From: Promethearchaeota archaeon
GTDB lineage: Archaea; Asgardarchaeota; Lokiarchaeia; Sigyniarchaeales; SOKP01
Direction of reading: 5' to 3'
Assembly (NCBI GenBank): GCA_016840085.1
Contig: JAEOTA010000085.1
Span: 61,498 to 125,497 of the forward strand
Length of the DNA stretch: 64,000 nt
Positions 9,836 to 21,591 of the stretch are shown here, piece by piece. Below the pieces are notes generated by a model, which had not been told where the DNA came from, made no database searches, and saw only the letters and a program-made list of their open reading frames with translations. The stretch's first letter is position 1. Each line of letters opens with the position of its first letter. The position numbers were made by a program, and so were the translations under genes.

Positions 9836-11132
9836 TTTTTTTATACCTTACTCCATTTTGAGGTTCAATTGTGCCTTTTAAAAGGGGATCATTAGTTTTC
9901 AACATCCAATTAAGTAATTTTTGCCTTAATTCCAGTACAATCTTTTGATAATTTGAGTTATTAACTAAGTTTTCTTGTTCGTTTGGATCATTTTCAAGAT
10001 CATAGAGTTCTTCTTCACTTCTTGGCTTTTTGATCTTATCTATTAAAAATTTTCCTGAAAGCCCTCTTTGAATATCAAGCGGCATTTGATATAACGTATC
10101 TGAACTTGTAAAATTTCTAATGTACTTATATTTTTCAGTTCTTATACTTCGCATTGGGTCATAAATTTCATGAAAAGTTTTTTCTGTATAAATTTCTTTT
10201 CTGAAATTTCCAAATTTATTTTCTAGTACTGGTAAAAAAGAAATCCCCTCAATATTTCTCGGTTTTTTAGCTCCAACAAGATCCAATAATGTTGGTAAGA
10301 GATCAATATTACTTATCATATAATCAATTGATTTTCCCCCACTAACAAAATCTAACTCTGGACAATTCATAATGAGAGCAATTTTAATTCCTGGATCATA
10401 TAATGTGCATTTAGCTTTTGGAAATGGGCTCCCATGATCGGTCGTATATATAAATAAAGTATTTTTTCGCAACCCTACTTTTTGTAAGCAATTAATTATA
10501 GTCCCAATTGCTAAATCAACATTATTGATAACTCCATAAAAAAGTCCAATATCTTCTCTCACCATTTCATCGTCAGGTAAAAATTGCGGAACACTAACAA
10601 ATTTTGGATCAACAGGATCACTCCATATGACAAATGGACGGTGATTTTCAATTGTCCCTATATTTACAAAAAAAGGGTTATCTTCATTTTCTCGTTCTTC
10701 GAAGAATTTAAGATATTCATCTTCCATTCTTTTGGTAGAATACTTATAATCCTTAACTCTTTTACTAACATAATCATACCCCAATGTTGAAGCATCTTTA
10801 CTCTCATGTTGTAATCCAAGAAGATACGTATTATAACCATTTTCTCGTAAATACATTGGCAATGTTTTATTGTTTTCAGGTAAAGTCCATCCGAGATTGA
10901 CAAGTCCCATTAAACCATTTTGATGGGGATATAAGGATGTCATTAAGCTTCCTCTGCTTGGACTACATTGAGGAGCAGTACAAAAATAATTTGTAAACCG
11001 TACTCCATTTTCAGCAAGTCTGTCTATATTGGGAGTATAAAGTGATTTTGTGGTCTGAGGAGTCTCATAACATCCTAAAAATTGGCCTTGATCATGTGTT
11101 ATGAATAAAATTATGTTTGGTTTTTCTTTCAA
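9822..11132 (-). CDS. Sulfatase (formylglycine-dependent; N-sulfoglucosamine sulfohydrolase-like)
   Basis: KPNIILFITHDQ; CSPSRGSLMT signature; TTDHG; ELYDLENDPNEQENL. Confidence 0.95.
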   Translation of the reverse strand: MKEKPNIILFITHDQGQFLGCYETPQTTKSLYTPNIDRLAENGVRFTNYFCTAPQCSPSRGSLMTSLYPHQNGLMGLVNLGWTLPENNKTLPMYLRENGYNTYLLGLQHESKDASTLGYDYVSKRVKDYKYSTKRMEDEYLKFFEERENEDNPFFVNIGTIENHRPFVIWSDPVDPKFVSVPQFLPDDEMVREDIGLFYGVINNVDLAIGTIINCLQKVGLRKNTLFIYTTDHGSPFPKAKCTLYDPGIKIALIMNCPELDFVSGGKSIDYMISNIDLLPTLLDLVGAKKPRNIEGISFLPVLENKFGNFRKEIYTEKTFHEIYDPMRSIRTEKYKYIRNFTSSDTLYQMPLDIQRGLSGKFLIDKIKKPRSEEELYDLENDPNEQENLVNNSNYQKIVLELRQKLLNWMLKTNDPLLKGTIEPQNGVRYKKNENN

Positions 11133-11166
11133 GATATTTCAAATAATAAAAAATTGTTTAAAAATT

Positions 11167-12144
11167 CTATTTTAATTCAATCAGAATCTTGATAAAATCT
11201 CTTTCACCAGGCTTTAAAAATGATTCAAAAGTTTCTTGAACATCCTTTAAAGGTATAACTTTGGAGATAAATTTTGCTGCATCAATTTTGTTTTGACCAA
11301 ATAGTTCAATTGTAGAAAGGATGTCATTACGATCATGTCCTAGGCACCCTTTTAAGCAAATTTCTTTATTAATGATTTGAAATGTAGGAATAGACATACC
11401 TTTTTGAATTCCTTCCAATAATAATGTTCCACCTCTTTGAATTAAATCAATTGCCATCCTTAAAGTGTCTTCACTTCCTACACAATCAAAAACAATAGAA
11501 GGTTGCCCATGTGTCTTTACAAATTTCTTTATTTTAGCTTTACTTGGGGGAAAAGCATCAATCGCACCAAATTCCTTTGCTTTTTTCCTTAAAAATTCAT
11601 GAGGTTCTATCACAATTACATATTCAGGACTTTTTTCACTTAACAAAGTGACTAGAAAAGCTAATCCAATATTTCCTCCTCCAATGACCATGATCCTCTG
11701 GTTATTTTCTATCTTTGACATTCTTATAGCTCTTATTATATTAGCAAATGATTCAATCATAACAGCTTCTTTTATAGAAATCGATTTGGGGGGATAAAAT
11801 ATATTACTCCTTCGCACTTTCACATACTCTGCAAATCCACCATTTTCAAATATTCCTAATCCTTTTAATTCTCCCATAACATATTGCGAAACATTCATAG
11901 CAATTACTTTATCACCAACATTAACATCTTTAATATTCTCACCTATTTCTACTATCTCTCCAGAAATCTCATGCCCCATTACTAAGGGAACTTGATACAT
12001 CTTATATTTAAAATTGGTAACATCGCTTCCACATATTCCACAGAAATGTACTCTAACCAGAACATCGTCCGGACCAGGAACTGGTTTAGGATAATCTTCC
12101 TTATACACTATTTTTTGAATATCTTCAAAAACCGCTGCTTTCAC
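11167..12144 (-). CDS. Zinc-dependent alcohol dehydrogenase (MDR family)
   Basis: CGICGSD, GHEISG, GGGNIG; lacks the four-Cys structural-zinc loop. Confidence 0.92.
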   Translation of the reverse strand: MKAAVFEDIQKIVYKEDYPKPVPGPDDVLVRVHFCGICGSDVTNFKYKMYQVPLVMGHEISGEIVEIGENIKDVNVGDKVIAMNVSQYVMGELKGLGIFENGGFAEYVKVRRSNIFYPPKSISIKEAVMIESFANIIRAIRMSKIENNQRIMVIGGGNIGLAFLVTLLSEKSPEYVIVIEPHEFLRKKAKEFGAIDAFPPSKAKIKKFVKTHGQPSIVFDCVGSEDTLRMAIDLIQRGGTLLLEGIQKGMSIPTFQIINKEICLKGCLGHDRNDILSTIELFGQNKIDAAKFISKVIPLKDVQETFESFLKPGERDFIKILIELK

Positions 12145-12294
12145 AATATTTTGAACTTTTAAATTTGATTTCTATTAAACCAAAAAAATCAATTAATAAT
12201 TTCTCATAAAAATATATAATACTTATTTTATAGTGATTTATATAAAATTAGATTTATGATGAATATTAGAAAAAGAAAATTTATTTAGAGCATT

Positions 12295-12537
12295 ATGAAG
12301 CCTCCTATATATTGCATATGTGATGAAAAATTAAAAGATATGAATGACGGTGGTTTGATAGATTTTAAGAAACGGCTTTCTGATATTGAATGGGAAAAAC
12401 ATATGGAAAAAATTAAAGGTGTTGGACATCCTCCATATGCGGAATGGTTCTGTAAAAAACATTATGATAAAGCAAGTGAATTAAAACACTTACCTATTGA
12501 CAAAGCTTTAAAAATTTTAATGTCTGAAGGAACTTAA
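12295..12537 (+). CDS. Small Cys/His-rich hypothetical protein
   Basis: CICD...GHPP...WFCKKH; possible zinc binding. Confidence 0.65.
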   Translation: MKPPIYCICDEKLKDMNDGGLIDFKKRLSDIEWEKHMEKIKGVGHPPYAEWFCKKHYDKASELKHLPIDKALKILMSEGT

Positions 12538-12612
12538 TTCTTTAATTTGGTTAGTAAACTCTGTAATTATCTCAGCAAATCTCTTCCCTTCAGATCCGCT
12601 AATTCATTCTAA
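12518..12612 (-). repeat. Degenerate 95-bp direct copy of the 3' end of mvhD (13531..13625)
   Basis: Ungapped alignment at offset 1013, about 12 mismatches by manual count. Translates [30 protein letters not shown]. Confidence 0.85.
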
Positions 12613-12665
12613 TTATATTTACTTAATTAATATAAATTTAGTAATATCCAGTATCTCCATCACTA

Positions 12666-13199
12666 TTATAATTTTAAATCCTTAGCTTTTTCCAATAAAA
12701 TGGTATAGTACTTTTTTTCCATCCATAAACCCATCTCAATCATTTTATCAAGTAATTCATGGAATTCTTTATAATTTTTCAAGATTCTTTTTTCAAGAGC
12801 TTCTAAGAGAATTTCAGTGCTCCATTTCGTATTGATACTTTTTGATTCAGCAATTAACCTGGCTCTCTTATCGTTTACAAGTAATAAGTCAGCATTTAGC
12901 TCTAAACATAGAGCTATGGCATATGCCTCTCCGCGCCCTAATTATTTTGTAAGATTTAAAGCAATTTCATGAGATTTATCTGATTCCGGGTCTTTAACGA
13001 TAAGCCATCCTTCTTCTTTAGCATTTAATTCATATTTTATATCTTGTGGGATTTCCTCATCTAGTTTAGAAAATGGATGTATTAATTCTTCCCAAACAGC
13101 ATTATGAATGAATACTGTCGAATATAATTCTTTTAATAGAAATAATTTCTCAATTTTAGCAAAAAATATTAAAGGAGAGGTATCAGAAATAACTATCAT
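12666..13199 (-). pseudogene. PIN-domain (DUF3368-like) toxin interrupted by one in-frame TAA at 12942-12944
   Basis: VISDTSPLI start. After the TAA the frame continues LGRGEAYAIALCLELNADLLLVNDKRAR... to a TAA at 12666-12668 (177 codons). Confidence 0.85.
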
Positions 13200-13210
13200 A
13201 TAAATCAGTT

Positions 13211-13447
13211 TTATATATGAACAGGTATTCTGGCTTTTGTACGAATCAATTCTAACTCTCGATATGAAATTCGTGCTATTTCAGAAGCTTTACCAAATGA
13301 TATATCTCCTCGCATATATAATTCTAAAGCATCTTGAATAGCCTCTGGAAGTGATCTTATATATTCCCAATCTATAGGTTTAATTAAATCCTTTTGATTG
13401 AACCAATATTGACTTAAATCACTGTTCTGTACCATATTATATCTCAT
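13211..13447 (-). CDS. UPF0175-family antitoxin-like protein
   Basis: ALELYMRGDISFGKASEIARIS motif; directly upstream of the PIN gene. Confidence 0.8.
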   Translation of the reverse strand: MRYNMVQNSDLSQYWFNQKDLIKPIDWEYIRSLPEAIQDALELYMRGDISFGKASEIARISYRELELIRTKARIPVHI

Positions 13448-13505
13448 TGATTCTTATTCAATAATTTAAAGGAAATATTCATATAAAATTTTATTGGCTT
13501 AAATA

Positions 13506-13976
13506 TTAACTGTTATCTTCTATACTCTTATAATGTCTGAAGGGACCTAATTCTTTAATTTGGTTAGTAAATTCTGTGATTACTTCAGCAAATCTCTTTC
13601 CTTCAGATGCACTGACCCATTCTAAACGCACCCTTTTTGGATCTACTCCTAATTGTTTAATCAGAATATTATGTAATCTCTCGAATCGTTCCTGTGTATA
13701 TTCATTTCCAGTAATATAATGACAATCTCCAATATGACATCCACTTACTAGAACTCCATCAGCGCCATTTTTTAAAGCTTTTAGGACAAATGATGGATCT
13801 ACTCTTCCAGAGCACATTACCCTAATGATTCGAATATTCGGAGGGTATTGAAACCGTGAGACTCCTGCTAAATCTGCTCCTGCATAACTGCACCAGTTAC
13901 AACAAAAAACTAAAATATGAGGTTCGAATTCTTCTTTTTTTACTTTTTTTCTTGATCGTGACATTTTCTTATTCAC
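13506..13976 (-). CDS. mvhD: Hydrogenase iron-sulfur subunit MvhD/VhuD, Cys form
   Basis: [41 protein letters not shown]. Confidence 0.95.
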   Translation of the reverse strand: MNKKMSRSRKKVKKEEFEPHILVFCCNWCSYAGADLAGVSRFQYPPNIRIIRVMCSGRVDPSFVLKALKNGADGVLVSGCHIGDCHYITGNEYTQERFERLHNILIKQLGVDPKRVRLEWVSASEGKRFAEVITEFTNQIKELGPFRHYKSIEDNS

Positions 13977-16900
13977 CTTTAGAATTAATAGTTGCTTTTT
14001 CTAATAAATAGGAATCTATCATTGTATTGATCTGGTCAAAATCATAATGTTTTACTATTATTGCACCTACAGGGCAAGTTGCAGCACAAGTTCCACAACC
14101 TTTGCACACAGCTGCATTTATATTTGATTTCTTCACTATGATGCTTAGATCTTCAAATTCTTTAGTTATTTCCGTAAGCTGTATTGCTTTATAAGGACAA
14201 ACCTCCTCACATTTACCACATCCTATACATTTTTCTTCTAAAACCTCAGCTACCAATCCAGATGTGGTAATTTTATCAGCACTTAAAAATCTACTTGCTC
14301 TGCCCGCTGCACCGTTAGCTTGTGAAATTGAATCTTGAATATTTTTCGGCCACTGAGCACAACCACATAAGAAAATCCCATCTGTAGCAAAATCTAAGGG
14401 TCTTAATTTAACATGAGCTTCTAAGAAGAAACCGTTTTTATCCAATGGAACTTTCAGCATCATTGCTAATTCTTTAAGATTGTCAGCTGGAATCATGGGT
14501 GTTGAAAGTATTACCAAATCTGTTTCAAATTCAATATTATCTTTCAAATTAGTATCAAATACTTTTATTTCAAACTTTTCTGAGCTTCTTTTTTTCTTTT
14601 TTACTACTGGCAGATTATCTAGGTCATATCTTAGAAAAATTGCATCTTGTCTACGTTCACGATAAAATTCCTCAAAATATTTCTTAGCCATTTGCAAATC
14701 CCTATAAATCACAACTATTTCTAACTCAGGCTTCTTTTCTTTTAAGATTCTAATGTTTTTAATTGAATTCGCGCAACATATATTAGAACAGTAAGTAATT
14801 CCTTCGTTTTGTCTAGCATTTACGCATAAAATCATTGTTATTCGATTTATATTTTCTAACCATGATTTATCCTTGCTTTTTAATTTCTGTTCTAACTCCA
14901 ATTGGGTTATTACATTATTATTTTTATCGTTATAGCCAAAAAGACCATTAGGTTTATACTCTTGACCACCAGTAGCAACTATGATAGTTCCAATTTTTAA
15001 CTCATGGATTTCGTTATTTGAATCATTTAATATCACGTCATAATTTCCAACATACCCTTTAATACTCTTAATTTCAGCATTAAAGAAGGTTTGGATGTTA
15101 TTGTTTTTTTCTATCTTTTCTTTTGTTTCATTTAATAAATCTAACGCATTTTTATGAACTGGATACAATACATTTAAAAATCTTAGGTTTCCCCCTAATT
15201 CACTTTCTTTTTCAACAATAATAGTTTTAAATCCTTGATTAGCAGTATTTAATGCAGCAGTCATTCCCGAAATACCTCCACCAATAATTAATGCTGTGTG
15301 TGTAATATCTATTTTATCTTCCTTTTGTGGTTTTAATAATCTTGATTTAGCAACATGCATTCGAATTAAATCCATGGCTTTTTCTGTAGCTGCTTCTTTT
15401 TCTTTCATATGAACCCATGAACATTGATCTCGAATATTTACAAGTTCAAAGAGATATTTGTTTAAACCCGCTTCCTGACATGTTTCTTGAAATAAGGATT
15501 CATGGGTTCTAGGAGTACAAGACGCAACAATAAACCTATTTAAATCATATTCATCAATTAATTCTTTAATCCTTATTTGGGAATCAGGTGAACAAGAGTA
15601 TAGATTATCTTCACACAACACTACATTTGGGAGGGTTTTTACGTATTCTACAACTTTAGGGACATCTACATAATTTCCTATATTAATTCCACAATGACAA
15701 ACCATTACACCTATTCTTGGTTCATCTGTAATTTTAACCTCTTTTTCTGGTATATCAAATATTTTCTCTTGTATTTTTGTGAATTTAACAGCATTTAGTA
15801 ACTCGGCAATTTGCGCAGCCACCCCGCTGGCATCTGCAACTGTCTCAGGGATGTCCATTGGGCCTTGGCAGAATCCACATAAGTAAATTCCTTCTCTTGT
15901 TGACTTTAATTTATTAAAATATGATTTTTCTTGGAAGAAATTGTATTTATCCAATTCAATACCTAACACTTCTCCTAACTCATTAACTCCTTTTGACGGA
16001 ACTAGAGGTGAAGCTAAAACTACTAAATTTGCACGGAAATCCTTAAATTCACCTGTCTTTAAATCTTCATAATGTATGAGTAAATCATTTGTTGCAGGAT
16101 TTTCTTCGATGGTACTGATCTTAGATTGGAAATATTGTACTCCATATTCTTCTTGTGCTCTTTGTGTGAATTCGTAAAAATTTTTACCATATGCGCGAAT
16201 ATCATGTCGAAATATATAACATTTAGAATTTTCAGAATGCTCTTGAGTAATAATTGCTTGTTTTGCAGTGTATGTGCAACAAACACTAGAACAATAAGGT
16301 ACATTTTCATGAAGATCTCTAGAACCCGCACATTGAACGAAAGCGATTACCTCAGGTTCTTCTTCATCGCTTAACCGCATAACATGCCCGCTAAATGGTC
16401 CAGATGCGCATAATATTCTTTCATATTCAAGAGCACTTACTACATTTTCGTATCGATAACCCCATCTTGAAGATAATTTTTCAGCAGGCATCTGAAAACC
16501 TGTAGCAACTACCACAGCTCCAACTTTAATCTCAAATTCTTGTGACTTCTGCTCAAAATCTATTGCATCAGCAGAGCAAGCTTTTTTACATACTTGACAT
16601 ACGCCCTTCGTTAAATATAAACACATTTCTGGATCAATTAAATAAATAGGGGGTACTGCTTGAGGAAAAGGAATATATATGGATTTTCTTGTACCAATAT
16701 TCATTTCAAAAGGATTTGGAGCCATTATTTTTGGGCACTTGTTTGAACATTCTCCACATCCCTTACACTTTGTTTCATCAACATATCGAGGTTTCTTTAG
16801 AATTTTGGCAGTAAAATTACCAGGTTCTCCATCAATTTTAAGAACTTCATGATATGTCATTAATTCAATATTAGGATTACGAAAGACTTCAACCATTTTA

Positions 16901-17079
16901 GGGGCGAGGATGCATAATGAACAATCTAATGTTGGAAAAGTTTTATCCAATTGAGCCATTCTTCCCCCAATTGAAGGTGACTTTTCTACTAAATAAACTT
17001 TAAATCCTAATTCCGTTAGATCAAGTGAAATTTGAATTCCAGCTATACCTCCTCCAATTACTAAAACTGAACCTTCCAT
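13969..17079 (-). CDS. hdrA: Long (two FAD-module) heterodisulfide reductase subunit A-like flavoprotein
   Basis: GGGIAG and GGGISG; [16 protein letters not shown]; internal IGVMVCHCG and ASCTPRTH; YCSxxCC twice; C-terminal 2x[4Fe-4S]. Confidence 0.95.
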   Translation of the reverse strand: MEGSVLVIGGGIAGIQISLDLTELGFKVYLVEKSPSIGGRMAQLDKTFPTLDCSLCILAPKMVEVFRNPNIELMTYHEVLKIDGEPGNFTAKILKKPRYVDETKCKGCGECSNKCPKIMAPNPFEMNIGTRKSIYIPFPQAVPPIYLIDPEMCLYLTKGVCQVCKKACSADAIDFEQKSQEFEIKVGAVVVATGFQMPAEKLSSRWGYRYENVVSALEYERILCASGPFSGHVMRLSDEEEPEVIAFVQCAGSRDLHENVPYCSSVCCTYTAKQAIITQEHSENSKCYIFRHDIRAYGKNFYEFTQRAQEEYGVQYFQSKISTIEENPATNDLLIHYEDLKTGEFKDFRANLVVLASPLVPSKGVNELGEVLGIELDKYNFFQEKSYFNKLKSTREGIYLCGFCQGPMDIPETVADASGVAAQIAELLNAVKFTKIQEKIFDIPEKEVKITDEPRIGVMVCHCGINIGNYVDVPKVVEYVKTLPNVVLCEDNLYSCSPDSQIRIKELIDEYDLNRFIVASCTPRTHESLFQETCQEAGLNKYLFELVNIRDQCSWVHMKEKEAATEKAMDLIRMHVAKSRLLKPQKEDKIDITHTALIIGGGISGMTAALNTANQGFKTIIVEKESELGGNLRFLNVLYPVHKNALDLLNETKEKIEKNNNIQTFFNAEIKSIKGYVGNYDVILNDSNNEIHELKIGTIIVATGGQEYKPNGLFGYNDKNNNVITQLELEQKLKSKDKSWLENINRITMILCVNARQNEGITYCSNICCANSIKNIRILKEKKPELEIVVIYRDLQMAKKYFEEFYRERRQDAIFLRYDLDNLPVVKKKKRSSEKFEIKVFDTNLKDNIEFETDLVILSTPMIPADNLKELAMMLKVPLDKNGFFLEAHVKLRPLDFATDGIFLCGCAQWPKNIQDSISQANGAAGRASRFLSADKITTSGLVAEVLEEKCIGCGKCEEVCPYKAIQLTEITKEFEDLSIIVKKSNINAAVCKGCGTCAATCPVGAIIVKHYDFDQINTMIDSYLLEKATINSKGE

Positions 17080-18377
17080 TATTTTACCTCCTCCACTTTT
17101 TCACTTGATTCCACAATATTAATCAAATCCACTAAAAATTCAGAAAAATCTACTATTTCAATTGAAGAGATATCTTCATAATCTTCTTGTAAACATGATA
17201 AGTGCATTTTACACTTTGGACATGAGGTCACCATTATTTCTCCAGCTTCTTTTGCTTCCAATAGTTTCTTGTAGCGTAACGCTTTTGAGCGATCATTACA
17301 ATTCATCCAAGAACTCACACCACAGCATAAAGAATCTGTTTTATTATGTACCATTTCTTTAAATTCATAACCCAATTCTTTTAAATAAGAGAAAATTTCA
17401 CGTACATTTTCTATAATATCACTTTCTTTTGGTAAAAATCTGCTTAGACGACAAGGATCATGATAAGTGAATTGAATAGATTCCTTTTTATCACTTGGAT
17501 TTTTAAATTCTATCTTATTTGCTTTCCAATTTTCGTAAATATATTCTATTAAATGTTTAACTTCAAATTTTTTGTTAAAATCTTCAAATAGCTTTTGATA
17601 CTCCACTTTAAATGTTCGATAGCATTCAGCACATGCAGTTATTATCGTTGAAATCCCTGCTTTTTCAAACTTATCCAAATTCTTTTTTGCTAAATTGATG
17701 AAAGCATTAAGCTTCCCTTGACCCCAATAGAGATCATGACCACAGCAAATTTCGTCTTTAAGGACTACAATTGGTTCTTTTTCTATCTGGCAAATGATTT
17801 TTAAGGTGCTTTCTGCTATCGAATCTGAATTTTTAAATTCAAAATTAAAAAAGGGTAAACATCCAACATAATACATAATAGTTCCGTGTTCTGAAATCTT
17901 ACATCCTTTGGGTACCCAATCAAGAGATCTATTTGGCTCTATATCGGATTCACTCATTATTTCTGAAACTATAGTATATATACCTTTATGAGCAACATAT
18001 TCATCCGGATTTTGATTATAAGATGTCCGCATTTTATATTTTGCCATTCTTACAATATCTGCGAAATTTATTCCCTCAGGACAATTTTGAAGACAGGTAT
18101 TACAAGTTAAACAATCCCATAAAACACCACTCTTGATTATTTTGTCTTCAAAACCTTCTAATATCATTTGAATAATTCTACTAGGTTCAAAAGTTTGAAC
18201 CTTACTGAGTTGACATACCCCACTACAGCGAACACATTGATAACATCGATATAATAATTTTCTTATATCTGGTTCATAAATTTTTTCAAGATAAGAATTA
18301 ATATCATCGCTGAGTTCTTCTGAATCATCCGCTTTTTTAGTCTCAGTAATAATCTTCACTTTTTTTTGGTAATTCAA
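17079..18377 (-). CDS. HdrD-like (HdrC-HdrB-type) Fe-S oxidoreductase with CCG domains
   Basis: CYQCVRCSGVC, CLTCNTCLQNCP, EICCGH, YHDPC, LCCG, SCPKC. Confidence 0.9.
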   Translation of the reverse strand: MNYQKKVKIITETKKADDSEELSDDINSYLEKIYEPDIRKLLYRCYQCVRCSGVCQLSKVQTFEPSRIIQMILEGFEDKIIKSGVLWDCLTCNTCLQNCPEGINFADIVRMAKYKMRTSYNQNPDEYVAHKGIYTIVSEIMSESDIEPNRSLDWVPKGCKISEHGTIMYYVGCLPFFNFEFKNSDSIAESTLKIICQIEKEPIVVLKDEICCGHDLYWGQGKLNAFINLAKKNLDKFEKAGISTIITACAECYRTFKVEYQKLFEDFNKKFEVKHLIEYIYENWKANKIEFKNPSDKKESIQFTYHDPCRLSRFLPKESDIIENVREIFSYLKELGYEFKEMVHNKTDSLCCGVSSWMNCNDRSKALRYKKLLEAKEAGEIMVTSCPKCKMHLSCLQEDYEDISSIEIVDFSEFLVDLINIVESSEKVEEVK

Positions 18378-18510
18378 ATTTTAATAATTTGAACCAATGA
18401 TGATAAGAAAAAAAAAGGAAATAATTTATTTTTTCTGATTAGATTTCATAACTCTATTATCAAATGAGAAAATATAGATATGATAAAGTTATATTCTATT
18501 AAGTTTCAGG

Positions 18511-21500
18511 TTACATTGCTAATGTCCTAATCATAGCATTGATTTGTTCAAAATCGTAATGTTTAATAGAAATTGCCCCAACTGGACAATTCACTGCACA
18601 AGTTCCACATCCTTTGCATAAACCTGAATTTACAGAAATTTTTTTTATTGGTAGACTTACCTCTTCAAATTCTTTTAGGACGTTTGTAATTTCTATTGCG
18701 TTATAGGAACATGCTTCCTCGCATGTTCCACATCCGATACACACATCTGGATCTACTTCCGCTATTAATCCAGATGTAGTAATTTCCTCTGCGATTAAAA
18801 ACCTACATGCTCTTCCTGCTGCACCATTTGCTTGTGATATTGAACCTTGTATATTTTTTGGCCAATGAGCACATCCACACAAGAAGATACCATCAGTAGC
18901 AAAATCTAATGGTCTTAATTTAACGTGAGCCTCGAGAAAAAAACCATTTTTGTCTAGAGGAACCTTGAGCATCTTTGCTAGCTCATCTGAATTGTCAGCT
19001 GGAATCATAGGTGTCGATAATACTATTAAATCTGTTTCAAATTTGATATTATCTTGTAGATTGGTATCAAAAACTTTAATTTCGAACTTACTTGTTCCAC
19101 TATTGCTCTCTTTAATTGTAGGGGGAGCATCTAAATCATACCTCAAAAAAATAGCATCTTTTCTTCGTTCACGATAATAACTTTCGAATTCTTTCTTTGC
19201 CATCTGAAGATCTCTATAGAGAACTATTAATTTGAGGTCGTGCTTTAATTCTTTTAGGATGTTAATATTCTTTATAGCACTTTCACAACATATATTTGAA
19301 CAATATGTTATCCCTTTCTTTTGTCTAGCGTTCACACATAATAGGGTAGTAATATGATTAAGTTTATCTAACCATGATTTATCTTCATCCTTTAATTTCT
19401 GTTCTAGTTGTAATTGTGTAATTACGTTGTGGTTCGTATATCTATATTCAAAAAATTCATTAGGTTTTAATTCTTGTCCTCCAGTGGCAACAATAATAGT
19501 ACCAATTTTTAACTCATGAATCTTATTATCTGAATCAATAAGTGAAACATTATAATTACCAAGATATCCATTAATATCGTTTAAATTAGAGTTTAAAAAG
19601 AGTTGAATGTTCTTATTTTGTTCAACCTTTACTCTGGTTTCGTTTAATAAGACTGAAGCATCCTCTTGAGTAGGATATAGCATATTTAAGAATCTTAAAT
19701 TTCCACCTAAATATTTCTCTTTTTCTATAAGATAAACAATAAATCCTTGATTAGCGATATTTAATGCAGCAGTCATTCCGGATATTCCTCCACCAATCAC
19801 CAATGCAGTTTGAGTAATTTTTAATTTCTTTTCTTCTTGTGATTTTAATAATCTAGATTTAGCAACTCCCATTCTTATTAAATCAATTGCTTTTTCCGTA
19901 GCTAGCTCCTTTTCTTTCATATGTACCCATGAACATTGATCACGGATATTCACCATTTCAAACAAGTATTTATTTAATCCCGCTTCTTGACATGTCTCTT
20001 GGAATAGAGATTCGTGTGTTCTTGGCGTACAAGAAGCTACAATAAATCTATTTAAATTATATTCACCTATTACTTCTTTAATTCGTTCTTGAGAATCTGA
20101 ACTACAAGAATATAAGTTATCTTCACAAAAAACTACATTAGGCAACTTTTTTATGTGTTCTATAACTTGAGGAATATCAATATATTTTCCAATATTAATA
20201 CCGCAATGACAGATAAGGACCCCAATTCTTGGTATATCCGTTTCTTTAACTAATTTTTCTGGTATCTTAATAATTTTTTCTTTTGTTTCAGTAAATTTAA
20301 AGGAATTAAGTAAAGTTGCCACTTGTGAAGCTACCCCACTAGCATCAGCCACTGTTTCTGGTATATCCATTGGACCTTGACAAAAACCAGCTAAAAAAAT
20401 ACCTTCTTTAGAGGATAAAGATTTAGTAAAATATGATTTCTCTTTAAAGAAATTATAATCATCCAATTCGATATCTAAAACTTTAGCTAATTCTTTAGTT
20501 CCAGCTGAAGGGACTAGAGGTGTAGCTAATACCACTAGATTTGTGTTAAAGTCCTTAAATTCACCAGTTTTTAAATCTTCATAATGAATTACTAAATCAT
20601 TCGTTTCTGGATCTTCTATTATTCTACTAATTTTAGTCTGGAAATATTTTACTCCATATTCTTCTTGAGCTCTTTGGGTAAACTCATAAAAATTTTTGCC
20701 ATAAGCTCTAACATCATGCCTAAATACAAAACACTTTGAGTTTTCAGAATGTTCTTTCGTAATGATGGCTTCTTTGGCAGTATACATGCAACACACACTA
20801 GAACAATAGGGAATTCCCTCGCGTAAATCCCTTGAGCCCGCACATTGAATAAATGCAATTGTTTCCGGCTCATTCTCATCGCTAGGACGTAAAATATGTC
20901 CCCCAAAGGGACCAGAAGCCGATAACATTCGTTCATATTCTAAAGCACTTACCACATTTTTATAATTATAACCCCATCTTGAGGTTAACTCTTCTCCTAA
21001 CACATCATATCCAGTTGCAACAACGATAGCACCAACGTTTAATTTGATTTCTTGAGGTTTTTGTTCATAATCTATTGCTTCTGCCTTACATTCTTTCTCA
21101 CAAACCCCACATACTCCTTTAGTGAGTTTTAAGCACAATTCAGGGTCAATTAAATATACAGGAGGAACTGCTTGAGGAAAAGGAATGTAAACAGACTTTC
21201 TTTTACCTAAATTCATATCAAAGATGTTAGGAGATTCAATCTTAGGACATATAACAGCACAGTCACCACATCCTTTACATTTAGTCTCATCAATATAACG
21301 AGGTTTCTTTAGGACTGAAACTACAAAATTTCCTGGCTTTCCTGAAACTTTTTGGACTTTATGATAAGTCATTAATTCAATATTAGGATTTCTAAATACT
21401 TCCACCATTTTAGGGGCAAGAATACATAAACTACAATCGTTTGTAGGAAAGGTTTTATCAAGTTGAGCCATTCTTCCTCCAATTGAAGGTGTTTTTTCTA

Positions 21501-21591
21501 CTAAATAAACTTTAAAGCCTAATTCAGTTAAATCTAAAGAACTTTGTATCCCTGCTATTCCACCACCAATAACTAACACTGATCCCTCCAT
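18511..21591 (-). CDS. hdrA: Long HdrA-like flavoprotein; close paralog of 13969..17079
   Basis: Same motif order; long near-identical stretches with 13969..17079. Confidence 0.95.
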   Translation of the reverse strand: MEGSVLVIGGGIAGIQSSLDLTELGFKVYLVEKTPSIGGRMAQLDKTFPTNDCSLCILAPKMVEVFRNPNIELMTYHKVQKVSGKPGNFVVSVLKKPRYIDETKCKGCGDCAVICPKIESPNIFDMNLGKRKSVYIPFPQAVPPVYLIDPELCLKLTKGVCGVCEKECKAEAIDYEQKPQEIKLNVGAIVVATGYDVLGEELTSRWGYNYKNVVSALEYERMLSASGPFGGHILRPSDENEPETIAFIQCAGSRDLREGIPYCSSVCCMYTAKEAIITKEHSENSKCFVFRHDVRAYGKNFYEFTQRAQEEYGVKYFQTKISRIIEDPETNDLVIHYEDLKTGEFKDFNTNLVVLATPLVPSAGTKELAKVLDIELDDYNFFKEKSYFTKSLSSKEGIFLAGFCQGPMDIPETVADASGVASQVATLLNSFKFTETKEKIIKIPEKLVKETDIPRIGVLICHCGINIGKYIDIPQVIEHIKKLPNVVFCEDNLYSCSSDSQERIKEVIGEYNLNRFIVASCTPRTHESLFQETCQEAGLNKYLFEMVNIRDQCSWVHMKEKELATEKAIDLIRMGVAKSRLLKSQEEKKLKITQTALVIGGGISGMTAALNIANQGFIVYLIEKEKYLGGNLRFLNMLYPTQEDASVLLNETRVKVEQNKNIQLFLNSNLNDINGYLGNYNVSLIDSDNKIHELKIGTIIVATGGQELKPNEFFEYRYTNHNVITQLQLEQKLKDEDKSWLDKLNHITTLLCVNARQKKGITYCSNICCESAIKNINILKELKHDLKLIVLYRDLQMAKKEFESYYRERRKDAIFLRYDLDAPPTIKESNSGTSKFEIKVFDTNLQDNIKFETDLIVLSTPMIPADNSDELAKMLKVPLDKNGFFLEAHVKLRPLDFATDGIFLCGCAHWPKNIQGSISQANGAAGRACRFLIAEEITTSGLIAEVDPDVCIGCGTCEEACSYNAIEITNVLKEFEEVSLPIKKISVNSGLCKGCGTCAVNCPVGAISIKHYDFEQINAMIRTLAM

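Noticed and set aside
12604-12606. TGA in the mvhD 3' relic as another Sec codon
   Set aside because: It aligns with Trp (TGG to TGA) in a fragment that has no start.
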